Of a stretch of DNA of 64,000 nt, positions 10,708 to 24,088 are shown one piece after another. The notes under the pieces are model-generated. The model saw nothing but the letters and a program-made list of their open reading frames with translations. It made no database searches and was not told where the DNA came from. The translations under genes and the position numbers were made by a program. Every line of letters begins with the position of its first letter. Within the stretch, counting starts at the first letter, position 1. Origin of the DNA: the human T2T-CHM13v2.0 reference genome, Homo sapiens; the NCBI RefSeq assembly GCF_009914755.1, contig NC_060931.1; one strand, given 5' to 3'.

Positions 10708-12047
10708 TAAAACAATTGTTCCCAGATTCCAAAATAGCCTTTGGCAGACAAAACTGAGAACATGCTCAGTCAGGTTTCTGATGGCCAAGAGAGGTTAAAT
10801 ATTTTCTCATCAAGATGTAAGAGCTCTTAGCCGCGTTAATCATTTGGTCTTTTCTTCCCCCAACACTATGAACATTTTCCCTCTGTGTGGATGGAAAACA
10901 ACCATGATTTCAATTATTTTATATTTTATAATATTCTGTTATCTCCAAAGCTTTTTTTTTCAAATGAATAATAATTTAGCAAGGCCTTAAGTATATTTAG
11001 TGAATAGACAAGTATATTTTCCCTGACCTTCCAAAGGCAAGATATGACATTATATTTATAATGTCTAGGCTCTTATGAGACACCCTTCCATGTTGGCACT
11101 TGATCATTCTTTCATTATAACTATTATGTCCCAGCTACCCTGTGGTCTGCAGATGTGTATCAATTACAAAGATACTTTGAGTTAATGATTTCTAAAAAGC
11201 CTTAAAACAAGTGGAATAGATGTGTTTATTATTGGGTAGTTGGTGAATAGTGTTTCTGAGCTAGAGGTAATAGACTTGTACCCCATTGCCTCATCTGAAA
11301 GAGGCTCAGCACTTGCGCCAGATGACAACTATTCTTTGGTCTTAACACATGTTGAGTTAGAGTAACTATTAGCAGCTGTATATGTTGGTATCTTCTCAAT
11401 CAGCATATGCCTTCTCTTGACCAGAATAGAATAGCACAGATGACATTGCTACACATTTGTATCTTCCATTTGGCTCTAAAGCTACTTATTGCATTTTCAC
11501 ATGCCAGGCAAAGGGAAAGAATGGCAAAAACTCTTACGTTGAACTGCAATGTGGCCATTTGTTTGCTTGGCAACTAGTAACATATCAGCATGGATCTATG
11601 TGATTTTAGATCATCCATACCCTTGGGTTTACCATCACACGGTTCAACTTCATGAGCTCAGTTGTTACAGAAAAAAATTACTTCTGATTCTTTTGTGTTT
11701 CGATGTTGTATAACATTCTGGAACTCCTTGCCCTTAAATGAACTCTTCGTGGTCCTCTCAAACATGCTTCATATTTGTTTCTTTTCCCCTATTGCACTTT
11801 TAATTTATTTTGACATTTTGTTTTTATATGTTTTACTGTATATCAGGAGTTTTCCATGTTTCCTTGATTACTAAATGGAAACAGGGTAGTAATTGAATTT
11901 AGAGCATGGAATTATTTTCTCCCATCATTAAATTACTCTGGCATCCAAAATAGTTCAAGTAATTTCAAGAGCATTACATATCAGATAAATCTGAAAAAAT
12001 TCACAGTGATGTTTTTCCAGTTTTGATATGTGGAGCAAAGAAGACTT

Positions 12048-12279
12048 TGTGGTATATAGGACTTTGGAGTCAGACAGGCTCATGTTTGAAAACTAGCACA
12101 TTTACTGACTGTGGGCTTAAGAGAGTTATTTAATACTTTGGGGCTTAATTTCCTCATCTGTTAAATTGGGAAAAAATATTTCCAATCTCATAGGGTCGAG
12201 GTGAGGATTAAATCAGATAATGCATTTTAAATCCAGGGCCTGGCTCATAGTGAGTACTAAACAAATGGCAACTATTATC
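12048..12279 (+). mobile_element. MIR (near full length)
   Basis: ggactttggagtcagacagg..tttcctcatctgttaaattggg..gtgaggattaaat..ggcaactattat. Confidence 0.85.
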
Positions 12280-12552
12280 TTGCAGAGAGTAATGGCACAT
12301 ACCTAAAAGATTAGTGTTCCAGAGATTGTGATTTGATCAATGCTGTAACTAAAACTGTGTATATGACGTGTGCTATCCTAGCAAGATTCCAATGCATCGG
12401 TAAATCAAATTCATTCTAAAGAAATAAGGAATAATGCCAATAGATATTTATTATTAAAATCATAATAGTAGAGAACTTTATTTGATACCTATAGTTAAGG
12501 AAACATTTGTACATACGTGTTTTTATGCAATCCATGAAAGTCATCTCTTTAT

Positions 12553-13105
12553 TGGGCAGAAAAATCATTCCAGACAGAGGGAACAGCTAATGCCAACGTT
12601 TGAAGGGAAACCATGCCTGGCATGTTCAAACAACAGCCAGGAGGCCCATGGGGTCAGAGCAAAGAAGGGAAGAGAAGTAGAAGATAATGCTGAGAGAAGA
12701 AACCCAGGGCTAGATTACGTAGGTCATGGTTCGGACCTTGACTTTGTTTTTAGTGAAATGGTGGGTCTTTGCAGGGAGTGAGGCATGACATGATTCCATT
12801 TATGTTTTATGGAGTGGCAAAAGTCACTCTGGCTGCTGGTTTTAGAACAGATTGTAAGGGAGATGTAAGGGTAGAAGCAGGAACACCAGCTAAGAGGCAA
12901 ACATAACCCAGTCTTGAAGTGGTCAAACTGTGGCTCTGTTTTGAAGGTAGTAGTGACAGGATTTCCTGGCAGACTGGATGTGCAGCTATGAGAGAAAGCA
13001 AGAGTCAGGTCAGCCCTAAGGCTTTTGGCCTAAACAAATGCAGGATGGAATCGCCATTCTTCAGGTAAATTGGAACAAGTGTCAAGGGATGCATTAGGAG
13101 TTTAA
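12553..13105 (-). mobile_element. L2 fragment
   Basis: cattccagacagagggaacagc..gcctggcatgttcaaacaacagccaggaggcc..aaaagtcactctggctgctg. Confidence 0.8.
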
Positions 13106-13119
13106 CTCAAAGCACATCA

Positions 13120-13530
13120 AAGAAAGAATAAATTAATCAATTATATATTCATAGAATGAACCAGAGCACTGAAAATAAATGAAGAAGCAATGGATCTCAT
13201 GGACGAATACTAAAAACACAGCATCGTGCCAAAGAAGTCAGATACAGAAGAATATATACTACCAGTTTCCAATTTTGTAAAATTTAAAAATAGGAAAAAA
13301 ATTACCTTGTTTAGAGATGCATATTCAAATAGCCAAAGAATAAAGTAATGCAAAGCTATGATTCCCATCATATTTAATAGAGCAGTTATCTGTAAGGTGA
13401 GAATGAAGGAATGAACATACTGTTGAATGCTGAGGCAGGTAGGATGATGGTTATGTGAATATTTGTCTGATGATTTTTCACTTTATGCATTTTAATGTCC
13501 CTGTGTTATATTTAGCAACAACAACAAAAG
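13120..13530 (+). mobile_element. L1ME-type 3' end
   Basis: tatattcatagaatg..aaagaagtcagatacagaagaatatatact..tgtttagagatgcata. Confidence 0.65.
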
Positions 13531-15219
13531 CTTTAGAAATGCTATGCAGCTTTCAAGACCTACTCCTCCATGAAATTTGTTCTGATCACCCCGTTCTGTG
13601 AGCTTTATTTCTATTCTAAAGATAGAATCATTATTAACTGTATAGGTCAATTGATTAAACATTACCTTATAACATTGCTTCAGTGGTTATCTTGAAATAT
13701 TAGGAAACTATTTGGTAGTGGTTCAAATAATGTTTTATTATAGATCATCCTTCCATCCAGCTCTTGAACCCCATGGCAAAAAACCCAATTTTTTGTTCAC
13801 AATAGTAACTTGATGTCTGGTAACTAACACATAATTATAGATTGCAGATCTAGGGAATACATTATTCAAGTATTTATTTTTGAAAAGTTCTAATAGTATC
13901 ACACCATGAAGGGCAATATTGTGCCCTGGAAAGAATATTAGAATTAAAGTAAAGAAGTCTGAGTACTCCTTCTTCTCTTGGTAGATGTTTGCTTAACCAA
14001 GCTATTTAACTTTTCCAAGTATTGAGTTCTTTGTGTGTTAAGTGTGGTATTTGGGCTAAATTCTCCTTTTCGGTTGTAATATTCTATGAATCTTTGAAAT
14101 ACTATATTATAAAAGGATGCAAGAATCAAGGTTCAGAATCTGTTAAACAAATCATGTCAAAAAGTACAGAGATTATAAGGGCCAATTTTGGAAAACAACA
14201 GACCTGGTATTTTTTGAACAGGTAAAAATAATTTTTTTAATTGAAGGAAAGCTCAATATATTTCAAGTAAAAAGACACATAGAAAATAGAGGAAAAAAAA
14301 TGGTGATATAAGCCACACAACGATAAACCACTTTTTATTTTTTTTTCCAAGAAGAAATGAGGAGATGAGTCACCAACTGACTCTGTGACCAAAAAGTCAT
14401 AGAGGAAATTCAGAAACAGAAGCTGGATTAGGGGAACTGAAACAATCATCAAAGAAATAAAGTATGCATATTTATTTTTCATGGGATAGAACATTGTGTA
14501 CTTAGTTGCCCCAATTTTGCTGTTTTGTTTTATGGGTTTATTTGGGGAAAAATAGCCTATTCAAATTTAGGTGGAAATTATTAGAGATTATTGATAAATA
14601 ATTTGAATAGTCATTAAATTGTAATCTCTTAAGAGATAGAGAATTTAAAGCTTGTTTATTCCTGATACCCAGTTATTAAATGTATTTGAATCTGTTTCTA
14701 TACCTGCTCAGTGATCAGTCACTAAGCCTATTACTGAACACCTCCAATAACAGAGGTCTTAGTATCTTCTGTTGCTGCAGTTTTAAAGACTTACTGTATT
14801 TTCACACAGAGGGCTACTTTATATGGAGAGATTATTTTACAGCTGTCCTTAAATGGTATCTTTTTTTTTTTTTTTTGGTTGGTTTAACTTCACAATATGT
14901 ATGCCTGATTTTCCTCCATTTTATTTACTGTTGTCAATGATACTTTTAAGGATTACTACTTACTGAGAGTGAGATTACATGCTTATATTTCATGATTTGG
15001 GGGACCAATACTCTAAATCCCATATGGTGGGCTCACAGAAAGAATAACTATCTATCTGATTGCCACCGGAGCATTATATTTTATATTAGTTGACTGAATA
15101 CAGTTTGACCAGATCATGGCAAACTTGCTTGTCTGTTGGTTCCCTACACATATGGACCCTTTTATATTCAAGGACAAAATGAAGTCACCAAAAGACAAAA
15201 TTAAAGTATTTTAGAATAT

Positions 15220-15526
<307 letters not shown>

Positions 15527-16650
15527 TTAATTTCAGTTACTTCCTCTTTCTGTTTTTTACCTTCTTCATTATAGAGCGTTTCTCCCTAAATCTGAAAATG
15601 AATACTCTGAAAAATTACAACTTTAGATGTTTTGCTATAGGAACAAGATCAATATTTACTCAGATAAAATTTACTACTATTCTGTTTGTAAATAAGAACT
15701 TGAAGAAATGGATCCAAGTTACGTGGTTACTTATATAGAATGATCAAAAACAAAAGGGAACTGGATAATTCTATTACATTTATGGAAACGTAGGACCAGA
15801 AGGTTAAGTGTGAATGCACTATGTGCTCTAGGTTATGTTGAATCTGACACCTTAATCCTGGCACCAGCAGTGAAGTCCTTGCCTTAGGGCCTTAAGGGTG
15901 TCCCAGCATTCAATGCACTCAATGCATTTTACTTAAGCCATGCAATAATGAGGCATCCTCATATTTTCTTTGAGCTTTCAATCAAATGATAAGTAGAGTT
16001 TTAGTGAAGATTCTCATAATGTGTTCATTTCTTGCTATGATAACTTTTCTTTATAAGAAATACGATCTTACATTCTCTCCCAACTGAAACTTTTGACTGT
16101 GTCATCTTCAATAAAGCAATTCATTCTATATCATATGTAGAATGCTCATGTTTTTTCTATCATTTATTATGTTAAGCATGAACTTGAATGAAATGAGCAA
16201 TTTTTGTAGGCACAAAAGAGGCGTGCTGTTTTTGGAGAGTTTGACAGCTTCCCACCCAGAGGTACCTTTTAACGTGACGGTGGGCTGGAGTGCCCTCCTC
16301 TAGGGAGTAATATTAGCAGCATGTCCTTAAAAGCACGCCTATCACCTTTTTATTGCCTGAAGAGGTCTTCAAACCTTGGCCTTCTGCAGATCTGACCATT
16401 CACCTTCATCTTTTTAATTTCCTCATTATGTAGGTCAGTGAATAGAAGTACTCTGTTTCAAGCAGGAAATCTCAGGACACGTAGTGTAGAACCAAGAAAT
16501 TTGTTACTATCTGATTTATTAAGTCTATCACATAAATCACAATACTGATAACCTAAAACATAAATGTTGTTGTCTGTGTGTTGCAAAAATTTTGGTCAAC
16601 TTAATATTTAAGAGGCATTTTTTCTGCTGCTTGATTATTTTGTTTACTAA

Positions 16651-16978
<328 letters not shown>

Positions 16979-17478
16979 TATAGCTAACATAGGTAAAGCA
17001 CCCATCTAATTTCCACTTTAACTTATAAAAAAATAGAATAAACTAGTAAACTGTATAGTATGTAAAAAGGTGATAGGTGCAATGGGAAAAGGTAAACAGA
17101 CAAGAGAGTCAGAGCACTCTAGAAGGTGGGGAGGAATGTTAAAGTACTTGTAAATAGCCATCAGGAAAGGCCCAATTGTAGCTTGACGATTAAATGCATC
17201 AAATGTAACTAATACTGAGTTATTCCTAGTAGAATATCAGGGTGTGTGTTTGTTCCTATGTAAAAGCTGTTACTCATAGACTCTGGTCAGGTGCATAAAA
17301 AGGCTGCACTTGTCTAGGAGAGCACTCAATATTTCCTTAACAGGTAGATGTAAAATGACTTGGTTATTCATCAATTTCATACTAGCCAGTACGGAAGTTG
17401 AATCAGAAGTATTACATTTTAGTAAACTGAACTAACTTCACTTTTATCACTGTGGCAGCTAACTTTCTTCTTTTGCAG

Positions 17479-17782
17479 ATGACGATAGTGAGATAAAATA
17501 CCTAAAATCGAAGAGCAGATGGAGGTTAAGAAAGTACATCATCATTGCTTAAAAAGTGAAAATTTCATAATTAAGCTGTATTATTGAAAATTAATATTTT
17601 TAAAAAACATAAAGTTCAGCCACTTAAAAACCCTAATTCAGTGTTTTACTTGCATATTTGAGCAAATAATCATGCTGTTTTATTTTATAGAAGACATTTC
17701 ATAAACCTCATTTTTTTCATTTCTGCTATGCAACTTCAAAAAAGAAGCCAGAAGATTACCTAGCTGAATCTAAACCAATAAA
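17479..17782 (+). other. Candidate spliced (possibly terminal) exon of an unidentified transcript
   Basis: ctaac + tttcttcttttgcag acceptor (AG at 17477-17478). Phase-1 frame DDSEIKYLKSKSRWRLRKYIIIA* stops at 17550-17552. AATAAA at 17777-17782. No upstream partner exon identified. Confidence 0.25.
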
Positions 17783-18254
17783 ATGTTTCAACACATCACA
17801 TCTCACATCCATAAAAATACCCATTTTTAATTTTTTGTCTCAGTCACTTGAAAAGCCAACAGAAATGGGGCTGTTTATGTTCAAGATAAAGCAAACTAAT
17901 CTTTATAACATGAACGTATCAAATACATTTTGAAATTTAAGTGGACATTCCTGGAACAGATTAGTTCACAGATGGATTTATTTAGGTCAATGTCCCTCAC
18001 ACTCTTTCTGAAAGCAGAGCCAACATCCAGAGAGTAGGACACAAATATTAATGAAAACTCACTTTACTTGCCCTTAGTTGAATGATGTTCCCTAAATCAG
18101 CTCACATTTGAAGTAGTCCAGTTAACTCCTCCTGAATGTAGCTCTGCTTTGGTTTATAGTGAAGGGCGGTATTATTTGAAATTGTTTTAAAAGCTTTTAG
18201 CCTTTAGCCTTACTGCAACTCACTTCAGTAGTACACAGAAGTGAAGATCTGAGG

Positions 18255-18700
18255 AGGTAGCAGACACAGTTATTTGCTCACTCTCTACCCACTCATCCAG
18301 GCTTTCTTCTTTGCTCATGGAGCCCCAAATTCGTTCAAGTATTTACCTCTTCAAGAGCTGGGCCCTTTCCTTCATTTTAAGAGGAAATTCTGATTAGTCT
18401 AATATTTAAAGAAATTCATTTCTCCTTAACACTAATTCGTTTAAGTGGTCAAATTCTGGTCAAGTTATTAGGAGCTTCTGCGAGTGTTGTCTTTCTTTTG
18501 AAAGGGACTTTCTGGCTCTCTCTTTCTGGTCATTGTCTTCTCAGGATATGCTGCCTAGAACTGCTGCAGCTATCACATGACCATAAAGTTTTACTTTAGG
18601 ATGAAGCCAGCACCAAGAATGGCAAAGCAGAGATGAAAAGGACCTACTCTGATAATATTCTTTAGCTACTGCCTTAATTAAGCCTACTTCTGGACTTACT
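18255..18700 (+). mobile_element. MLT1K/L-type MaLR LTR
   Basis: ggtagcagacacag..ttctgattagtctaa..gcctagaactgctgcagctatc..gcctacttctggacttactgtt. Confidence 0.6.
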
Positions 18701-18701
18701 G

Positions 18702-19020
18702 TTCATTCATTCATCAAATATTCACTGAGGGCTTGCTATGAACCAAGAACTGTTCTAAGTGCTGGGGGTATAGCTTTAAAAAATAGAAAAAAAATCTCTG
18801 TGCAATGAAGCTAATATTCAAGTAGGGGGAGCTAGACATTAAATAGAATAAATAAGATATATATGTATATATATAGTTGTTAAAGTGATTAATGCAATAA
18901 AAAAATAAGATGTGTAAGTGTAAGAGGCATTGGAGTTGTACATAGAGTCATCAGGGAAGGTCTTAATTTGAAGGTACCATTTTATCAAAGAGAGAAAGAT
19001 GTGAGAGAATTAAATTCTCT
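18702..19020 (-). mobile_element. L2a 3' end
   Basis: ttcattcattcatcaaatattcactgagggcttgctatg..tgttctaagtgctggggg. Confidence 0.8.
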
Positions 19021-19359
19021 AGTGAGTATCCGTCCCCTGTTATTTGCTCAGTGTACACTTACTGACATTGATGTCATGGGTAAGTTACTCAGTTTTCATA
19101 GAAACTAATAACTCCCTGCCTCTCCATACATGTGTATTTGTGTATTTGCATTTCTTGACATTTGCTATCATGCCTAATTCAAATGACTTGGGCAAGTGGA
19201 TTATCTGTGCCTGTGTGCTGGGACAAACTTTTTGCTTTCCTCCATTTCTGAATCAACTTCTTGCTACTTCTGGCCATTCAGTTCTAATAAGGAGAAGAGA
19301 GAAGGCATTTGCAGGAGGACATTGGAATGAGTTTTATTTTATCTATACCACTTTCCTCA

Positions 19360-19590
19360 TAGTAACAATAGCTAACATTTATTAAGCACTTACCATTCTC
19401 TGGATAATATTCCAAGCCCTTTGAGTTTATTTTCTGTAATTCACTTAGCAGTCTTATGGAGGTTTATATTAGTATTATTACCATTTTTTCATATTGGAAA
19501 ACCAAGGGCAAAAAGGTTAACTTTGCAAAGGTCACAGAGCAAAAGGTGAGCGTTGACTCACAGCAAGGGGTTGGATTTCAGAGCCCCAGA
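19360..19590 (-). mobile_element. MIR
   Basis: aatagctaacatttattaagcacttacc..aaggtcacagagc. Confidence 0.75.
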
Positions 19591-20221
19591 AATTAGACAT
19601 AAGATAAATATTTGTACTTTTCAGATGTTAATAACTTTTATAGAGCTTATGAAAAAAATGATCATATTCACTGAGGTATGGAAAAACCAATGCAACTCAT
19701 GAAAACCCAATAGTCCTTTAGCACAGTGAATACCTAGGCCATTTTTAAAGCTAGTTGTGTTACAACTGGATACAAATATGCAGTCATAAGTTTAGTAAAC
19801 ACATATTATAATAAAATTGCTTACTAATCTTTATTCTTCCAAATTTATATCCCATGAAAGTTAAGGAGAACTAACAATGTTGATTCAGTTGGCAGCTAAA
19901 TTACATACCCTATGTATTTTCCTGTAATCTATTAAGAGGGATCATTGCAACCACAAAACTGTAAACATGTTTACATTTAATCCCCAATCTATTTCTAAAC
20001 TTCTGAAAAAAATAAGCATCTGTAGTAAAAGTTTCCAAGAAAAATTCAGTGATTAGGTCATATCTGATCATGACTCTGGAGAAGGGAAGGAAAGAATGGT
20101 TTCTGGAGAAGAAACTCCAGATAGGAGAGAGGACAAGGAGAATTGAACTTCTATTCTGGTTGGAGGGACGGCTAGGAGTAGAAGCAAAAAAATGTGTGAA
20201 TGAGCTCTAGGATATGATAAA

Positions 20222-20500
20222 ATATTTTCCAAAGTGTATGCAAGATATTAATCCCCAGGGTATTAACAGGCTTTTGGTTAATAACCAAATAAAAATTTAG
20301 TTAAAAAATAATTTTGTGCAGACCCAAAGTATCAGATCTTTAATGCACTAATTTGTATTATGAAATTTCACTTGAGGGGACATTTTACACTATGTTTTCT
20401 AAAGTTATTTATCCAAGGAGAAATTGCCCCTCCCCTGCTTCCTTCTATAGGGAATCTTACAGGACTAGGATTCCATAGTAGACACGTTAAGAAACACTGA
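20222..20500. mobile_element. hAT-Charlie-type non-autonomous DNA transposon fossil
   Basis: Degenerate terminal inverted repeats: ttttccaaagtgtatg ... gacacgttaagaaacactg. Confidence 0.45.
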
Positions 20501-21178
20501 AGAGTGACAGAAATATCTGAGCATAGCTGAACATTTTATTGTGTGCCTTAGAGAGTTCTCCAGAAACTAAGAAAAGATGGCTGCTGTGGAAAAAGGAGAA
20601 ATAAGCTGAATCATCCCCATGCATGATCCTAGCACTGGGACTAGAATCTTCTTTAGAAGGTCAGCTTCATTAGAGAGGCTCCTTGCTGGCAAGGTGGTGT
20701 TGCCAAGTAGCCAGGCTGTTAGGAATCACCTAAAGTTCCCAGGCAATGGTTGAGTCCTTATAACTAGCAACCAGATCATTAAAACTTCTGTGTAGAAAGT
20801 AAGTAGAGAATATTTCAAATATATAAGTGAGGGCTTAATATTTTCCTATTAAATACTTCATTTTATGTTGTCATGACCTGTTTGTCCATGAGTTTTCTCA
20901 CGCCCCATGTGCTCTAAGCAATGCTTTGCCAGTTAACATTTTAGCTATAAAATGAGCCTCCATGGCATACCAGTAGAGTTCTGCACAGATTTCAGATCTT
21001 GTGTTAATGCTAGCCACCAGCCAGGCAATGTAGAATTGAGTACATGTGGCTGTACATTTGTACCAATATTCTTTTAGTCCAGATTTTCTCCTTTTTATGT
21101 ATCGCAATCCTCTTTATAAATAACACTTCCACATTTGAAAAAATTGGTCAATATTTTGCATCCTTTTCTCAGTGATAC

Positions 21179-21940
21179 TGAGAGATAGGACTAGCTGGAT
21201 TTTCTAGGCTAAGAATTCCTAAGCCTAGCTGGGGAAGGTGACTGCACCCACCTTTAAACACGGGGCTTGTAACTCAGCTCACACCCGACCAATCAGGTAG
21301 TAAAGAGGGCTCACTAAAATACCAGTTAGGCTAAATGCAGGAGGTAAAGAAATAATCAAATCATCTGTCATCTGAAAGCACAGGGGGAGGGACAATGATT
21401 GGGATATAAACCCCAGGCATTTGAGCCAGGAGTGGGCAACCCCCTTTGGGTCCCCTCCCACTGTATGGGAGCTCTGTTTTCATTCTATTAGATCTTGCAA
21501 CTGCACACTCTTCTGGTCCGTGTTTGTTCTGCCTCAAGCTGAGCTTTCGCTCACCGTCCACCACTGCTGTTCGCTGCCGTCCACCCCTCCAGATCGGGCA
21601 GGGTGTCCGTTGCGTTTCTGATCCAGCCAGGCAGCCGCTGTGGCTCCCGTTAGGACTAGAGGCTCACCATTGTTCCTGCGCAGCTAAGTCCTTGGGTTCG
21701 TCCCAATTGAGCTGAACACTAGTTGCTGGGTTCCACGGTTCTCTTCTGTGATCCATGGCTTCTAATAGAGCTATAACACTCACCGCATGGCCCAAGGTTC
21801 CATTCCTTGGAATCCGTGAGGCCAAGAACCCCAGATCAGGGAACAAAAGGCTTGCTGCCATCTTGGAAGTGGCCGCCACTATCTTGGGAGTGGTCCGCCA
21901 CCATCTTGGGAGTGCTAAGAACGAAAACTCACCCGTAACA
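21179..21940 (+). mobile_element. LTR17 (HERV-W/HERV17) solo LTR, full length (~762 bp)
   Basis: Starts tgagagataggactagctggattt and ends cccgtaaca. CCAAT and TATA (gggatataaa, 21401-21410) present. No PBS or internal sequence follows. TSD ambiguous. Confidence 0.93.
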
Positions 21941-22624
21941 ACATGCTATTATGGAAGTAAGTTTTATTAGCACAGTAAGTCAGTGGATCAGGGGTTTTGC
22001 GGATAAAATGTTCAGTCATTAAGTAGGAAACTTGGTCTCTGAAGACGGGGATCTGGGGGAAGAAAAGAAGCAAACTTGGTATTTTAAAAATATACATTCC
22101 AATTATTTGGAAAGAAAATCTGAGATTTGGAATTATGGAAAATTGATTAAAAATCTCACAGTTGAATGTAAAGCATATACTCTAATACAGATGGATGTCG
22201 ATACACTTAGTAATGTATGTATATATGGATTTTATTTCTGTATTTTTATCAGGCATGCTAAGTGCATTCATTGATGCCACCTTATAAACATAAGAATAGT
22301 TGGCTTCCATATTTAAGACTATTAGTCCAGATGATGGCTGGGTAAGACCCCTCAGGGGAAAAGACTTCCTGAGGTACTTGTTCAGGTATTCTTAAACAGT
22401 GGTCAGACTAAAGGAATTGTATTCAAAATTTTGTATGTGTTTCTGCATTTTCGGATGAGAATATCTAGGGCTTTGGTGAGAATCTCAGTGCTGGTCTGAT
22501 ACCCAAGAGGGGTAAAGAATCACTGCTTCAGGGCTCCACAAGATATGCTGAGCTGTGGAATCCTCAGGGTATTGTTACTGAGCTGCACCTTCTGGACTGA
22601 TCATTGTAAAACAGTTTAAAGGAC

Positions 22625-22937
22625 TATTTTATTTTATTTTATTTTATTTATTTATTTGAGATGGAGCCTCGCGCTGTCACCCAGGCTGGAGTGCAGTGGG
22701 GTGATCTTGGCTCACTGCAAGCTCGCCTCCCGGGTTCACGCCATTCTCCTGCCTCAGCCTCCCGAGTAGCTGGGACTACAGGTGCCTGCCACCACGCCCA
22801 GCTAATTTTTTGTATTTTTAGTAGAGACAAGGTTTCACCATGTTAGCCAGGATGGTCTCGATCTCCCGACCTCGTGATCTGCCCGCCTTGGCCTCCCAAA
22901 GTGCTGGGATTACAGGTGTGAGCCACCATGCCTGGCC
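22625..22937 (-). mobile_element. AluY
   Basis: Y diagnostics gcaagctc, ttcacgccattctcc, gttagccaggatggtctcgatc. TSD ~aaaggact. (ATTTT)n tail. Confidence 0.95.
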
Positions 22938-24088
22938 AAAAGGACTTATTTTTAGTGTTACTTCAACCATCATTTGATCTCTTAAATTAAAGCAATGCGA
23001 TTATTTATTATAATTGACTCAGTCAAGTCCACACATCACCCATTATTCCTGTGTTATTTCCCAGCTGACTTGACTCGTGTGTGTGTGTGCACACGTGTGT
23101 GTGTTTGCAACAATAAACCTCTCAATAGACCTTTTGGTGATATCTGACAAACCAGAGTTATAAGTCCCAAGGCTCTCAGTTTGGGGAAGAAATGCTTCTA
23201 TTCATGTATCCCTTAGCATTTACAAACTAGAGTTTGTATTTTCCTAACAGATTAAATGAAAGCTTAAGTTCTTAGTTCTAAGATTCTTTGCGGGGAAGGG
23301 AATACGGTAAAGGTTTTAGAGTATTTTTAAGACTATCACAATCACTATTTCTCAATTTAAGGATGATTTTGCTTGCAACCCTGAAAAGTACCAAAAAAAG
23401 TTTAGATCTGGAATTTTAACCTACATGTACATATGCATGCACACACATAATGACAAATAAGATTGTTTCCTGCATTTGCACTTAAGCATCTACGATTAGA
23501 CACATTTATTACAGAAATAGAGTGTGATTCATGATTGAATTATACTAGGTCTCTTTGATTGCTAAGATGAGGAACTGTAAAATCTCTTGTTTGGTCAGCT
23601 TCAAGAAGAAAATGATTGTCTTGAGAAGTCTTCACTAGGCATATTGTAGTATAGAAGGGATCAAAGCAATGAAAGCAATGAATTCAATTTTCTAAAAATA
23701 AACACTCTCAAATATTTTCCCAAGCAATTGTCATCTCGTGTTTGACTTGGGGGATGGCGTGTTAATTACTAAACTCCAAGTCCCTCCACAATGTTGGGCA
23801 TGGCATCCTCCTGGCTGCTGATCTGGCTATTTTCATTCAGCATGTGGCTGACACTTTCAGTGATTCTCATCATAAATATTTTGCTGCCACATCGCAAAGG
23901 AAGAGTAGAAAACAAAGCAGCACGCAGAGGCTGAAAGGGGTGGGTTTCCTTCATTTGCCTTAGTCAAAACATCACATGACCTTCCTATCCCACCCTCATG
24001 ATTCATTCTATTAGTCTTCTTAAAGGGTGGCATGTTGAGGATTAGTGAGGACCATTTTAATATAGTTAAGTTTGCTTGCAATTAACTA

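Noticed and set aside
14116-14227. Possible exon ending aacag|gtaaaa, and a QTWYF peptide shared with ORF 22032-22274
   Set aside because: No pyrimidine tract at the acceptor, phase incompatible with the 17479 candidate, and the 5-aa match is attributable to chance.
16218-16340. 9-bp inverted repeat around a weak CTCF-like motif
   Set aside because: The motif has three core mismatches, and the inverted repeat is too short to call a MITE or structured RNA.
22028-22080. aaacttggt repeated around a purine-rich 35-mer as a second micro-insertion
   Set aside because: Only a 9-bp repeat, no clean A-tail and a poor endonuclease site. Compatible with chance.
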